From IMG/VR virus record IMGVR_UViG_2695420596_000007, positions 1 to 21,599 of that record: a DNA stretch of 21,599 bases. One strand, written 5' to 3'. This document shows positions 8,597 to 17,262 of this stretch, in pieces. The stretch comes from a virus (taxonomy: Duplodnaviria; Heunggongvirae; Uroviricota; Caudoviricetes). Within the stretch, counting starts at the first letter, position 1. Every line of letters starts with the position of its first letter. The translations under genes were made by a program, and so were the position numbers. Below the pieces are notes generated by a model. The model was not told the DNA's origin. It worked only from the letters and a program-made list of their open reading frames with translations, and ran no database searches.

Positions 8597-8941
8597 ATGA
8601 GAAAACAGATACAGGCTCTTGGTCGACTCAAAACAGGCCAGATGAACAAAACAGAATCTGCGTATTGCCAGCACCTTGAGCTGCGTAAACGTGCAGGAGA
8701 AATCGTCTGGTATCGATTTGAGGGTATCAAGCTGCGGTTAGCTGACAACACGTTCTATACGCCCGATTTTGCTGTGATGCTCGCCACCGGCGAGATGGAA
8801 CTGCACGAAGTGAAAGGTTTCTGGACCGACGACGCCAGGGTGAAAACCAAAGTCGCCGCAGATCAGTATCCGTTCCGAATCATCGGGGTAACGGTTAAAC
8901 CAAAGAAAGCAGGTGGTGGCTGGAATATCGAAGAGTTCTGA
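8597..8941 (+). CDS. DUF1064-family phage protein
   Basis: 114-aa ORF with the layout recalled for DUF1064 (ELRKRAGEI..YTPDF..HEVKG..YP). Confidence 0.6.
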   Translation: MRKQIQALGRLKTGQMNKTESAYCQHLELRKRAGEIVWYRFEGIKLRLADNTFYTPDFAVMLATGEMELHEVKGFWTDDARVKTKVAADQYPFRIIGVTVKPKKAGGGWNIEEF

Positions 8942-9002
8942 ATCGACGATCTTTTTAGTTATCAATGTAATCAATAAGTTATGTGGATAAGCGAGGGTAA
9001 AG

Positions 9003-9632
9003 ATGGAAAGTAATATCAAAGGGTTAGTTTCCGCCGGGCATGAGATGGCTTCGGAACTGAAAGCAGAATGTGGTGCCGTTGATATGCGCAGCGTGGCAAA
9101 GCTGATCAGCGATTTGGCAACCGGTAGCGGTAAAGCTTTGTCTCGTGCTCGATCAGATAAACAGGCCAGACTTCGCGATATTGATCAACGAATCCGGCAG
9201 GCACAAGAACGCCTGGAATTTTCCCGTAACGCGTTGGCACCGCACGAGCCTGGCGGTCAGTTTTTTGAAGCTCAAGCAGAACTGGCTCGGAGACAGCAGG
9301 CAGAAAGTGAACTTAATGCTCAGGCTGTTTCATTCTATAAAACAGCAGAGGTCAGGACGCCAGACGAAGTAGCTCCTTTTGAGCCTGATAAAATATTGCA
9401 ACAGGCAGAACAAAAAATGATGTCAGATCAGGCAGGAGATATTGATCTGCGCATAGCTGAAGACTCGTTGCTTGAATCACCTGACATGATAATCACCGTG
9501 CTGGATGATGATGGTAATCCACAATCGCGCAGTGCGCGTGAAGTACTGGATGAAGCGAACAGGGAAAGTGAGCAGGCAATACAGGATTCCAGCCTGTTTG
9601 ATGTCGCTGTGGCGTGTTTCTTGAGAGGTTAA
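9003..9632 (+). CDS. Hypothetical acidic coiled-coil protein (209 aa)
   Basis: Strong SD (GAGGGTAAAG) before the ATG; no recognisable catalytic motif; highly acidic C-terminal half. Confidence 0.55.
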   Translation: MESNIKGLVSAGHEMASELKAECGAVDMRSVAKLISDLATGSGKALSRARSDKQARLRDIDQRIRQAQERLEFSRNALAPHEPGGQFFEAQAELARRQQAESELNAQAVSFYKTAEVRTPDEVAPFEPDKILQQAEQKMMSDQAGDIDLRIAEDSLLESPDMIITVLDDDGNPQSRSAREVLDEANRESEQAIQDSSLFDVAVACFLRG

Positions 9633-9637
9633 ATTAA

Positions 9638-12112
9638 ATGAGACAGGAATGTATACAAGCGGTCCAGCAGGCGGCGCAGCGCACGTTAACGGCGCGAGAA
9701 ATACAGAACATTGAAGACCGCATTTATCGAAATATGCGCTCCATTGCTCGTGATGACCCGATGTCGTGGCGACAACTTTCCGAATCAGAGCGGCTATATC
9801 GAGCATCACAATTGGCATCTGAAGAATTACAGCGAGAAGCGGCATTAAAGAAACGTCGTGTGGCCCTCACTATAGCCGCACGTCAGAGATTGGATAAATT
9901 TATCAATAGCTATCAAGGGGCTGATGGGAAACTCGGTGCTCTTAACCGTACTATTGCTTTTAATGCAGACGGTAAATCGAATTTCCTCTCTGTTGAGTCC
10001 AGAACAAAAGCCACTCGTGATTATGCATTGAGTCAATTGCAAGAGGCATTTGAAGCAGTTGACCCTCGCTTTTTTGGCCTGTTTGAAGATGAAGCTGGCG
10101 TGCGTGACCTGGTATATGAAATGCGAGGGCAAAATACTGGCAATGCTAAAGCAAGAAAAGGTGCTAAGGCGTGGAGAGAAGTGACAGATCTACTGCGCCG
10201 CCGGTTTAATGATGCTGGTGGGGACATTGGCTATCTCGAAAACTGGGGGATCCCTCAACATCATTCTATGGAAAAGGTTGGGGCGGTATCAAAGGATAAG
10301 TGGGTTAGCGATGTTATAGGTAAGCTGGATCGCAAATATTATATCCGAGCCGATGGACAACTGATGAACGATGCCGAGTTGTCTGCATTTCTTGGAGAGG
10401 CTTATAACACGATCGCTACTGGTGGGCTGAATAAGCTTACTGATACCGGAATGCGAATTTCCGGCGCACGTGCTAACCGTGGTAATGCATCACGACAGAT
10501 ACATTTCAAAGATGCAGATTCCTATCTGCAATATCAGCAACTTTATGGCGATCGCTCTCTATGGGAAATCATGGTCGGTCACCTGGAAGGTATCAGTAAA
10601 GATATTGCACTGGTGGAAACATATGGCCCAAACCCCGATCATGTTTTCCGCTCTCTTCTTGATCAGGTGAAGGCAGAAACGGCAACAGCTAACCCGAATA
10701 AAACCGGTAAAGTCGAGCGGCTGGCGAACAACACAGAGAATCTGTACAACTTTATTTCCGGAAAGACACAGCCTGTAGCGAATCCGCACATCGCGCGATG
10801 GTCTGACAATATCCGCAACTGGCTGGTTGCCAGCAGACTCGGATCCGCGTTGCTGTCATCGTTCTCTGATCTTGGAACCATGTATCTGTCTGCGAAGGTT
10901 ACCAACCTTCCAATGAACCAGTTATTCCGCAACCAGCTTGAAGCTATGGACCCAACGAACCGTACAGAACTTGCGCGGGCGCGCCGCGCTGGACTGGCGA
11001 TGGAATCTCTACTTGGCAGCGTTAACCGCTGGGCGATGGATAATATGGGGCCGTCTGTGTCTCGTTGGGCGGCAACGGCGGTAATGCGTGCCAGTGGGCT
11101 TACAGCATGGTCAGATGCGCACAAGCGCGCCTATGGCGTAACCATGATGGGAAGCTTGGGAGAAGTAGTGTCACGGACACCAGACCTTCGTAGCCTCGAT
11201 GACTCTGATTTTCGTATCCTGAAAAGTAAAGGGATTACTGACACAGACTGGAGCGTATGGAAGCTGGCGCAACAGGAGGACTGGGGGAACGGTAATAATA
11301 CGATGCTGACACCGGAAAGCATTATGCGTATCCCTGATTTAGCAGTTAAACATCTTGGTGAGCCTGAACGCGTGAAATTTGAGGCAATGCGTAAACTGCT
11401 CGGTGCCGTAACTGAAGAAGTTGATATGGCTGTTATTACACCGGGAGCACGTGAGCAACTGATAACCGGTTCTGGTATTCAGCGTGGAACATGGAAGGGT
11501 GAATTAACGAGAAGTGTTTTCCTGTTTAAATCGTTCCCTATCTCGGTAGTTATGCGTCACTGGCATAGAGCTATGGGGATGCCGTCTGCTGGTGGGCGCG
11601 CAGCATATATAGCAACGTTTTTAGCAAGCACAACCATGCTTGGTGCTCTTTCCATGCAGATTACTGATCTTATTAATGGGAGAAGTCCAAAGGAAATGAC
11701 CGGTGACCACATGGTTAAATTCTGGATAAATGCATTTTTAAAAGGTGGTGGGGCAGGGTTGTACGGTGATTTTCTTTTCTCTGATCACACTAGGTACGGA
11801 AGCGGCGCGCTGGCGTCGATGCTTGGCCCGGTAGCTGGTCTGGTTGATGACGTAGTGAAGATTGCTCAGGGCATACCGTTAAATGCTGTGGAAGGGAAGA
11901 ATGAGCAGACTGGTGGTGATCTGGTGAAGCTGGGGAAGGGGCTGATGCCAGGTGCGAATCTCTGGTACTTGAAGGCGGCTCTCGATCACATGATCTTTAA
12001 CCAGATGCAGGAGTATTTTTCACCAGGCTATTTGCGTAAAATGGAGCAACGTTCGAAGAAAGAGTTTAACCAGACATACTGGTGGCGACCTCAGGATGTC
12101 ACTCCGCAATAA
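9638..12112 (+). CDS. Large hypothetical protein (824 aa), function unknown; has a hydrophobic, glycine-rich C-terminal region
   Basis: Long uninterrupted ORF with SD GAGAGG; no Walker A, HExxH or other motif recognised; C-terminal AAYIATFLASTTMLGALSMQI and GGGAGLYGDFLF segments. Confidence 0.6.
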   Translation: MRQECIQAVQQAAQRTLTAREIQNIEDRIYRNMRSIARDDPMSWRQLSESERLYRASQLASEELQREAALKKRRVALTIAARQRLDKFINSYQGADGKLGALNRTIAFNADGKSNFLSVESRTKATRDYALSQLQEAFEAVDPRFFGLFEDEAGVRDLVYEMRGQNTGNAKARKGAKAWREVTDLLRRRFNDAGGDIGYLENWGIPQHHSMEKVGAVSKDKWVSDVIGKLDRKYYIRADGQLMNDAELSAFLGEAYNTIATGGLNKLTDTGMRISGARANRGNASRQIHFKDADSYLQYQQLYGDRSLWEIMVGHLEGISKDIALVETYGPNPDHVFRSLLDQVKAETATANPNKTGKVERLANNTENLYNFISGKTQPVANPHIARWSDNIRNWLVASRLGSALLSSFSDLGTMYLSAKVTNLPMNQLFRNQLEAMDPTNRTELARARRAGLAMESLLGSVNRWAMDNMGPSVSRWAATAVMRASGLTAWSDAHKRAYGVTMMGSLGEVVSRTPDLRSLDDSDFRILKSKGITDTDWSVWKLAQQEDWGNGNNTMLTPESIMRIPDLAVKHLGEPERVKFEAMRKLLGAVTEEVDMAVITPGAREQLITGSGIQRGTWKGELTRSVFLFKSFPISVVMRHWHRAMGMPSAGGRAAYIATFLASTTMLGALSMQITDLINGRSPKEMTGDHMVKFWINAFLKGGGAGLYGDFLFSDHTRYGSGALASMLGPVAGLVDDVVKIAQGIPLNAVEGKNEQTGGDLVKLGKGLMPGANLWYLKAALDHMIFNQMQEYFSPGYLRKMEQRSKKEFNQTYWWRPQDVTPQ

Positions 12113-12121
12113 GGAACAACA

Positions 12122-12535
12122 ATGAAGGAATTATTGCTGTTATCGGTATTTTTGATATCCGCTTGCTCGACATCCTATGATGTTTATGACGGTGTTGATA
12201 AGGCATATTGCGACAAAGTTAAAATGGATTTTTCTCTTGCCAAGACGGCGAAGGATAGTTGTATTGATCACTACGTCAAGACTTATACCAAGCCAGCCTC
12301 ATCGGCATCTGATATTGCTGAAGGTGCTGTGTTTGAGTGTAACAAGGTGATATCCATCGCAGCGAGTTCTTCATACGATGCTGCTGTATGTGCAATGGCT
12401 GAAAGAAACGGCATGTCAGTGCAAAAAATTAATAGCATGATAAGCAGTAATGACGAAGCCAAAATAAGAACTGATATCAGCTCGGTGAAAAAAGATGCCA
12501 TGAACAGAGTTGTAAAATATCAGTCATCTTTATAA
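12122..12535 (+). CDS. Putative lipoprotein (137 aa), function unknown
   Basis: Signal peptide with lipobox-like LISAC at residues 11-15; SD AAGGAA; starts 10 nt after the 824-aa gene. Confidence 0.6.
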   Translation: MKELLLLSVFLISACSTSYDVYDGVDKAYCDKVKMDFSLAKTAKDSCIDHYVKTYTKPASSASDIAEGAVFECNKVISIAASSSYDAAVCAMAERNGMSVQKINSMISSNDEAKIRTDISSVKKDAMNRVVKYQSSL

Positions 12536-12551
12536 GTCGTGACATGTCACA

Positions 12552-12575
12552 GGCCGCTCTTGCGGCCTTGTTTTT
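12552..12575 (+). terminator. Rho-independent terminator ending the rightward operon
   Basis: Stem GGCCGC/GCGGCC with loop tctt, followed by TTGTTTTT. Confidence 0.65.
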
Positions 12576-12614
12576 AACGAATGCCACCGCCGCCCGGACG
12601 GGAATCCGCAGGCA

Positions 12615-12635
12615 CAAAAAAGCCCGCAGAGCGGG
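12615..12635 (-). terminator. Rho-independent terminator for the leftward membrane-protein pair
   Basis: On the minus strand GCCCGC-tct-GCGGGC followed by TTTTTT. Confidence 0.65.
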
Positions 12636-12640
12636 CTTAT

Positions 12641-12973
12641 TCAGTTATTTACTTTCTTTGGCACTATTGCTGATAATGAGATCATAAAGCCAGTTAGAGC
12701 AGCAATAATTAATGGGAATATGAAAGCATCTGAAGTTCTCAGTGGATTCTTCATATCGAACAGAATAACAATGAAGAATGCGCTGGTTGCAAAAGTAGAT
12801 GATGAATAAACCTCATTCATCTTGTATTGCAACTTATCCAAAGAAAAAGGAGGCGTATCTTTGCAAACGGCATCCCATATCAGATGAACAGCAAGATAAG
12901 CAATGCACAGTATGAAATAAAACCTTGTCAATTGCTGTGCATCTCTGGGCGCAAGCCAAGATAAATCAGGCAT
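12641..12973 (-). CDS. Putative inner-membrane protein (110 aa), translationally coupled to the upstream small peptide
   Basis: Several hydrophobic segments; ATG lies 1 nt after the upstream stop. Confidence 0.5.
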   Translation of the reverse strand: MPDLSWLAPRDAQQLTRFYFILCIAYLAVHLIWDAVCKDTPPFSLDKLQYKMNEVYSSSTFATSAFFIVILFDMKNPLRTSDAFIFPLIIAALTGFMISLSAIVPKKVNN

Positions 12974-12974
12974 T

Positions 12975-13163
12975 TTAGTTGGCTAACTTCTTTGCGGCAT
13001 AGATAGCAGGGAGTGCAACAGCACCAGCTACAGCAAATGCATAGGCTATCCCAGCTGTAACAGTAAAAGCAGGAAGCAGGAAAGATAATCCGCCTGGTAG
13101 GGCAAAGCCTAAGCCCGCTCCGCCAATAATGGCCTTCAGCAATGTAATGATGTTGATTTCCAT
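12975..13163 (-). CDS. Small glycine/alanine-rich membrane peptide (62 aa)
   Basis: MEINIITLLKAIIGGAGLGFALPGGLSFLLPAFTVTAGIAYAFAVAGAVALPAIYAAKKLAN: two predicted TM segments with small-residue-rich motifs; SD GAGGGGG upstream. Confidence 0.5.
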   Translation of the reverse strand: MEINIITLLKAIIGGAGLGFALPGGLSFLLPAFTVTAGIAYAFAVAGAVALPAIYAAKKLAN

Positions 13164-13189
13164 GTTTCCCCCTCATGTAAACTCTCGGT

Positions 13190-13204
13190 TTACCTTTGGG
13201 GTAA
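13190..13204. promoter_or_regulatory. Palindrome TTACCtttggGGTAA upstream of the small membrane peptide gene
   Basis: Read directly. Confidence 0.5.
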
Positions 13205-13269
13205 TAGTACGCTATTCACCTGCAATCTGTACAGAATTATTTAAAGGCACATCCCTGTGCCGCCGCTCG

Positions 13270-13920
13270 TCAGAAGAACCCTGCCTTGTCGTTGATGTAC
13301 TCCGCGTGTGTCTGGATATCACGCAGGCATTTACTCACACCGACGATGTAGCAGAACATGGTGGTCAGCTCCGCCGCCGCGCCCGATACGTCGTGCCCGT
13401 CTTCCTGTAACTTGTTCAGCAGATTCATCAGCAGTGAGTTCTCCGTCAGGCCGAGAACACCAGACGGCGAGTGAATCAGGCTGCGGTAGCCGGGCTTCAG
13501 CGGGGCGCTGTATTCTTTTTTGTCTTCCAGCTTGATCGCCTCCATAATGGCGGGCATGAAGCCTGACAAGACCTTCTCCACTTTTGTTTCTTGTTGTCTT
13601 AAACGTTTCTCGCATTCAATGAAGTAGCGTCGTACCTGACGACCTTTTTCGTTACGCTCGACCATCGCCAGTTCTTTGGCTGTATCGAGGGTGAGGTGGT
13701 AGTCTTTTGCAGGACGTCCTCTGCCTATTTTTTCCCGAACTTGGGAAATAATCATAAAGTCTTGATTTTCAACGAAACCATATTCAGTAATTCGTTCGAC
13801 AATCCACGAAGCAAATCGCTTACCCACATCGAGGAAAGTGTGTAAATCACGGGCATTAACGAGAAGAGCGGTTTCGTTGGATATAGTGCCGTTGAATACG
13901 GGGATGAGTTGAGCGTTCAT
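13270..13920 (-). CDS. Phage antirepressor (N-terminal Ant/Bro-like domain plus C-terminal antirepressor domain)
   Basis: 216-aa ORF; SD GGAGA; its C-terminal region is homologous to the small ORF at 14238-14495. Confidence 0.75.
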   Translation of the reverse strand: MNAQLIPVFNGTISNETALLVNARDLHTFLDVGKRFASWIVERITEYGFVENQDFMIISQVREKIGRGRPAKDYHLTLDTAKELAMVERNEKGRQVRRYFIECEKRLRQQETKVEKVLSGFMPAIMEAIKLEDKKEYSAPLKPGYRSLIHSPSGVLGLTENSLLMNLLNKLQEDGHDVSGAAAELTTMFCYIVGVSKCLRDIQTHAEYINDKAGFF

Positions 13921-14078
13921 TATGGCGTCTCCACTTAGCGAATTACATCACCACCGCTGAGACCAATCAGATGGTGGTGAACTGAACGGAGTTGGTCTTA
14001 CCGGCCTAAGTGGTACCGGCGTCCTTTCGGACCCCCATTCAGCCCACCATAATTCTGGCATGACTGTGCTATACGCAT

Positions 14079-14101
14079 AAAAAAACCACGTCTGGCGTGG
14101 T
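14079..14101 (-). terminator. Rho-independent terminator on the minus strand between the two antirepressor genes
   Basis: Stem ACCACG/CGTGGT with a 5-nt loop, followed on the minus strand by a run of 6 T. Confidence 0.6.
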
Positions 14102-14191
14102 ATGCGCCACTTAGTAATCCGGGAGACCAATCCCGGCACTGGATTTTGCCAGTGCCCGATTACTATGGCACAAGAGGAGTGCAATGTAAAT

Positions 14192-14206
14192 TTACCGTAA
14201 AGGTAA
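14192..14206. promoter_or_regulatory. Palindrome TTACCgtaaaGGTAA
   Basis: Read directly. Confidence 0.5.
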
Positions 14207-14237
14207 ATATAAGCACTCCATTTGGTAATTGCAAACC

Positions 14238-14495
14238 TTATCTGGTTTGTTTTCGTAATTGTTCGGCACAATAGTCGAGATGTGTTTGCAGATCCCGCAT
14301 AGACATCTGTGAGCTGGTGACGTAGTTAATCAGTGCAGTCAGTTCGGCAAGTGGGCCATCGACATTAAATCCATCCTTATCGAGATCCCGGAGTAATTTC
14401 ATCAAGTGCGATCCCTCCACCAGTGACCTGACGCCTCCCGGCGTGTGAATCCTTTCGGTAAATCCGTCTTCCAGTGGATAGTGATACTGCTGCAT
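14238..14495 (-). CDS. Small antirepressor-like protein (85 aa from ATG 14495), homologous to the C-terminal domain of the large antirepressor
   Basis: HTPGGVRSLVEGSHLMKLLRDLDKDGFNVDGPLAELTALINYV aligns with HSPSGVLGLTENSLLMNLLNKLQEDGHDVSGAAAELTTMFCYI of the 216-aa protein; SD GGAGAAG 5 nt before the ATG. Confidence 0.6.
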   Translation of the reverse strand: MQQYHYPLEDGFTERIHTPGGVRSLVEGSHLMKLLRDLDKDGFNVDGPLAELTALINYVTSSQMSMRDLQTHLDYCAEQLRKQTR

Positions 14496-14516
14496 CTTAT
14501 CTTCTCCATGCAATAA

Positions 14517-14532
14517 CTGTATAAATATACAG
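14517..14532. promoter_or_regulatory. LexA (SOS) box CTGTATAAATATACAG, 22 bp upstream of the small antirepressor start
   Basis: Perfect CTGT-N8-ACAG with an AT-rich spacer, read directly. Confidence 0.75.
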
Positions 14533-14571
14533 TATCAAATAATTTGTTTGCTATCCAGCACGTTTTGCAAA

Positions 14572-14586
14572 TTACCTGAAAGGTAA
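14572..14586. promoter_or_regulatory. Palindrome TTACCtgaaaGGTAA between the LexA box and the tailspike gene
   Basis: Read directly. Confidence 0.5.
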
Positions 14587-14690
14587 TATCTATTCATATT
14601 CACAGCCTTTCTATCCATATGTGGTTTTTCAGGTAATAGAATAACCAGATATGCGGCGCAACGGGTGCTGCGACTATCTGGAGATTTAAC

Positions 14691-17225
14691 ATGACGGTCT
14701 CAACCGAAGTTGACCACAACGAATACACCGGCAACGGCGTTACGACATCGTTTCCGTATACCTTCCGCATTTTCAACAAATCCGACCTGGTTGTTCAGGT
14801 GGTTGACCTTGATGAAAATATCGCTGTGCTGGCTCTTGATACTGATTACACTGTCACTGGGGCTGGTGGATATAACGGCGGTAATGTAATTCTGTCGAAG
14901 GCGTTAGCTAACGGTTATCAGATTTCTATATCACGAGAGCTACCAGTTACGCAGGAAACTGATCTGCGAAATCAGGGAAAGTTTTTCGCTGAGGTGCATG
15001 AAGACGCGTTCGATAAGTTAACGATGCTGATCCAGCAGGTTCGAAGTTGGTTTGGCCTGGCACTGCGCAAGCCATCATTTGTGGCAAACTATTACGATGC
15101 TTTGAACAATTACATCCGAAATTTGCGCGATCCTTCAAAGCCTCAAGATGCAGCAACGAAAAATTATGTTGATTCTGTTGTTGATACAAATTTAAGTAGA
15201 ACATTAAGAGTACCAGAGCCAATAAATTCTTTCCCAGGCGCCGAAACGCGGGCAAATATGATGCCTGCCTTCGATAGTCAAGGGAATGCTGTTCTGGTTC
15301 TACCCCCATCAGGTTCTGCATCGGATGTTTTGCTACAACTTGCAAGCGCCGAAGATGGGAAAGGCGATTCACTGGTTGCAGTCAGGCAACCCATTACTGG
15401 TGCTTTATCTCGCACTCAGCACGATAAAAATCAGGATTTCATCACACCACAGGACTTTGGTGTAAAGATGGATGGTACTGACTCTACTGATGCGATCAAC
15501 GCTTTCGTGGAGTATGTGAACGCGATACCTAATACTGATGGAATTCCTGTTGGAGTGCTATTCCCACCAGGTACAATCTCATATTCTAAAGACATGCATT
15601 TCACCAGACCGGTAAGAATTATCTGCGAAGGAACTGTATTCCATTACTTAGGCTCAGGAAACGCCTTTAACATGGGCCCATATGATCTAAGCGGAGACTA
15701 CAACGGAGCTACTGGTAAGACCCCGTTTAATAAGCACTACAGTATTGAAGGTGCTGTTTTTAAGGGGGGGGCAACATCAGGATATGCAATAAATTTTGCT
15801 CATTGGGTAACTTATTGCGATGTATCTAATTGCGAATTCCGTGCGTTTGGCGGAGATGGCTCCTGGGCTGTTAATGCCGAATTTAACAACTGGAGGGTAT
15901 CGGTAAGGGATTGCTTGTTCGAGGCCCATACCGATTTCATAGCTGATAGGGTGAATACACGGAACTTTGTGCGCTGCCCTGGTTACTACGAAGATCATGT
16001 TCTTGGTAAAGTTGTTGATCTTTGGAGTACATTGTTGACGGCAACAAACAATAAGGTGGAAGGTGTTGGCTGGTCGCGTGGCGGGATAGCTTACTGGATT
16101 AGCGGTTGGCGCACGGTTATTGAAGGAGGAGCAAACAATGGCATGCTTACTGATGTTATCATTTCAGCTGGTTGTGCAGATGTAACACTTCTAAATTTCT
16201 ACTCAGAGAAACCATTTGGCCCAGAGGAAGGGGAGGTAATTAAATGCATCCAGCTATCATATGATGATGACCCATATTTTACAGGCAGTAAGGCCGATGG
16301 CGGTGCCGGAATGGTTGATAATGGTGCATCTACATTTGTAAAAAGATTAACAGTAAATGGTAGTTATGCAAATATGGGGCAACCAAATCATGTCAGCCAG
16401 TTCATACACTTTTCTCAAAGTGTTGCATTGGAAAACTTCTGCATTGATAAAGCAACATTCACCCATTATTACTATCCAATTGTTACCCAGCCAGAAATAC
16501 CAGGACATCGTAATTGGTATATTGGGGATGTAAGATTTGATGGGGATTTAGATAAGATAAGCTATCTTATAGAAACTCAATATGCTGGAGTTTATAAACC
16601 ATCATATAGCTCAAGGGTAAAAAATCTTTTAAAAGTTTTTGACGCGTCATCTATAGTTACAGGTTTTGACTCATCAGCACCAGTAAATACTAATTTTGGA
16701 ACTGTCGGTATATCAGCTATATCTGATGGAACCGGAGGTTCAATAAGATTGACAAAGCGAGCAACTAATAATACCTCGGAAGGAGGATATGAACGCAACA
16801 GATTAGATATGCAAAGAAATGCTTTTCAGCTTTCGTGCATAACGCCAGCAACTAGTCAAACTTATTTACAGATGGTTTTTGAAGTTGATATTAGCCCTTC
16901 AAAAATTCAAGGAGTTACTGCTTGCTTGTCATTTATAGCAAAAAGTTACACAAGTGGAGGTGTTTTGTTAACTGGAACGATAGTTTCTCCATCTGGTATA
17001 AATACTGCAGGTGACACGGATGTACTGGTTGCGTCTGATGGAAATTTCTATAGATATTTTATACATTTCCGTGTAGAACCAATGACTTTGGGGGCGAATT
17101 TAGATTCGCCTGATAAAGTATTGGTAAACATTAATCTTCCGGTTGGTAAGGTTTTTGATGTTGACTTGGCGTCACTTGTATTTACTATAGGTGACATCGC
17201 TTATCCTTTAGCTGCATGTTACTAG
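14691..17225 (+). CDS. Tailspike / tail fibre with a T7 gp17-type N-terminal adaptor domain and a central beta-helix-like (candidate depolymerase) domain
   Basis: 844-aa ORF; N-terminus EYTGNGVTTSFPYTF..DLVVQVVD..DTDYTVTG parallels the T7 tail-fibre N-terminal domain as recalled; repetitive G/N/S/T-rich central region typical of pectate-lyase-fold tailspikes; SD GGAG. Confidence 0.8.
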   Translation: MTVSTEVDHNEYTGNGVTTSFPYTFRIFNKSDLVVQVVDLDENIAVLALDTDYTVTGAGGYNGGNVILSKALANGYQISISRELPVTQETDLRNQGKFFAEVHEDAFDKLTMLIQQVRSWFGLALRKPSFVANYYDALNNYIRNLRDPSKPQDAATKNYVDSVVDTNLSRTLRVPEPINSFPGAETRANMMPAFDSQGNAVLVLPPSGSASDVLLQLASAEDGKGDSLVAVRQPITGALSRTQHDKNQDFITPQDFGVKMDGTDSTDAINAFVEYVNAIPNTDGIPVGVLFPPGTISYSKDMHFTRPVRIICEGTVFHYLGSGNAFNMGPYDLSGDYNGATGKTPFNKHYSIEGAVFKGGATSGYAINFAHWVTYCDVSNCEFRAFGGDGSWAVNAEFNNWRVSVRDCLFEAHTDFIADRVNTRNFVRCPGYYEDHVLGKVVDLWSTLLTATNNKVEGVGWSRGGIAYWISGWRTVIEGGANNGMLTDVIISAGCADVTLLNFYSEKPFGPEEGEVIKCIQLSYDDDPYFTGSKADGGAGMVDNGASTFVKRLTVNGSYANMGQPNHVSQFIHFSQSVALENFCIDKATFTHYYYPIVTQPEIPGHRNWYIGDVRFDGDLDKISYLIETQYAGVYKPSYSSRVKNLLKVFDASSIVTGFDSSAPVNTNFGTVGISAISDGTGGSIRLTKRATNNTSEGGYERNRLDMQRNAFQLSCITPATSQTYLQMVFEVDISPSKIQGVTACLSFIAKSYTSGGVLLTGTIVSPSGINTAGDTDVLVASDGNFYRYFIHFRVEPMTLGANLDSPDKVLVNINLPVGKVFDVDLASLVFTIGDIAYPLAACY

Positions 17226-17237
17226 TTTAAATTAGTT

Positions 17238-17257
17238 AGCCCCATTTTCATGGGGCT
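17238..17257. terminator. Hairpin between the convergent tailspike and acyltransferase genes, likely a bidirectional terminator
   Basis: Stem AGCCCCA/TGGGGCT with a 6-nt loop, flanked by AT-rich sequence. Confidence 0.5.
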
Positions 17258-17262
17258 GTAAC

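Noticed and set aside
10663-11124. Minus-strand 153-aa ORF, plus others at 9845-10132 and 10033-10227, inside the 824-aa gene
   Set aside because: Antisense ORFs embedded in a long, RBS-supported forward ORF; no independent support.
13220-13234. LexA-box-like CTGCaatCTGTACAG upstream of the membrane peptide pair
   Set aside because: The half-site spacing is 7 rather than 8 and the first half is CTGC; it does not fit CTGT-N8-ACAG.
13950-14035. tRNA-like 76-nt segment starting GGTGG and ending CCACC (minus strand)
   Set aside because: No T-loop (GTTCRAnYC) or D-loop consensus and the acceptor stem pairs only 5 bp; judged a simple inverted repeat, not a tRNA or att-site tRNA fragment.
13948-14271. 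Plus-strand 107-aa ORF in the spacer between the antirepressor genes
   Set aside because: Overlaps the hairpin-rich untranslated region and terminator, has no SD and runs antisense to the operon direction; treated as non-coding.
14947-15372. Minus-strand 141-aa ORF inside the tailspike gene
   Set aside because: Antisense to the tailspike coding region; no RBS or motif.
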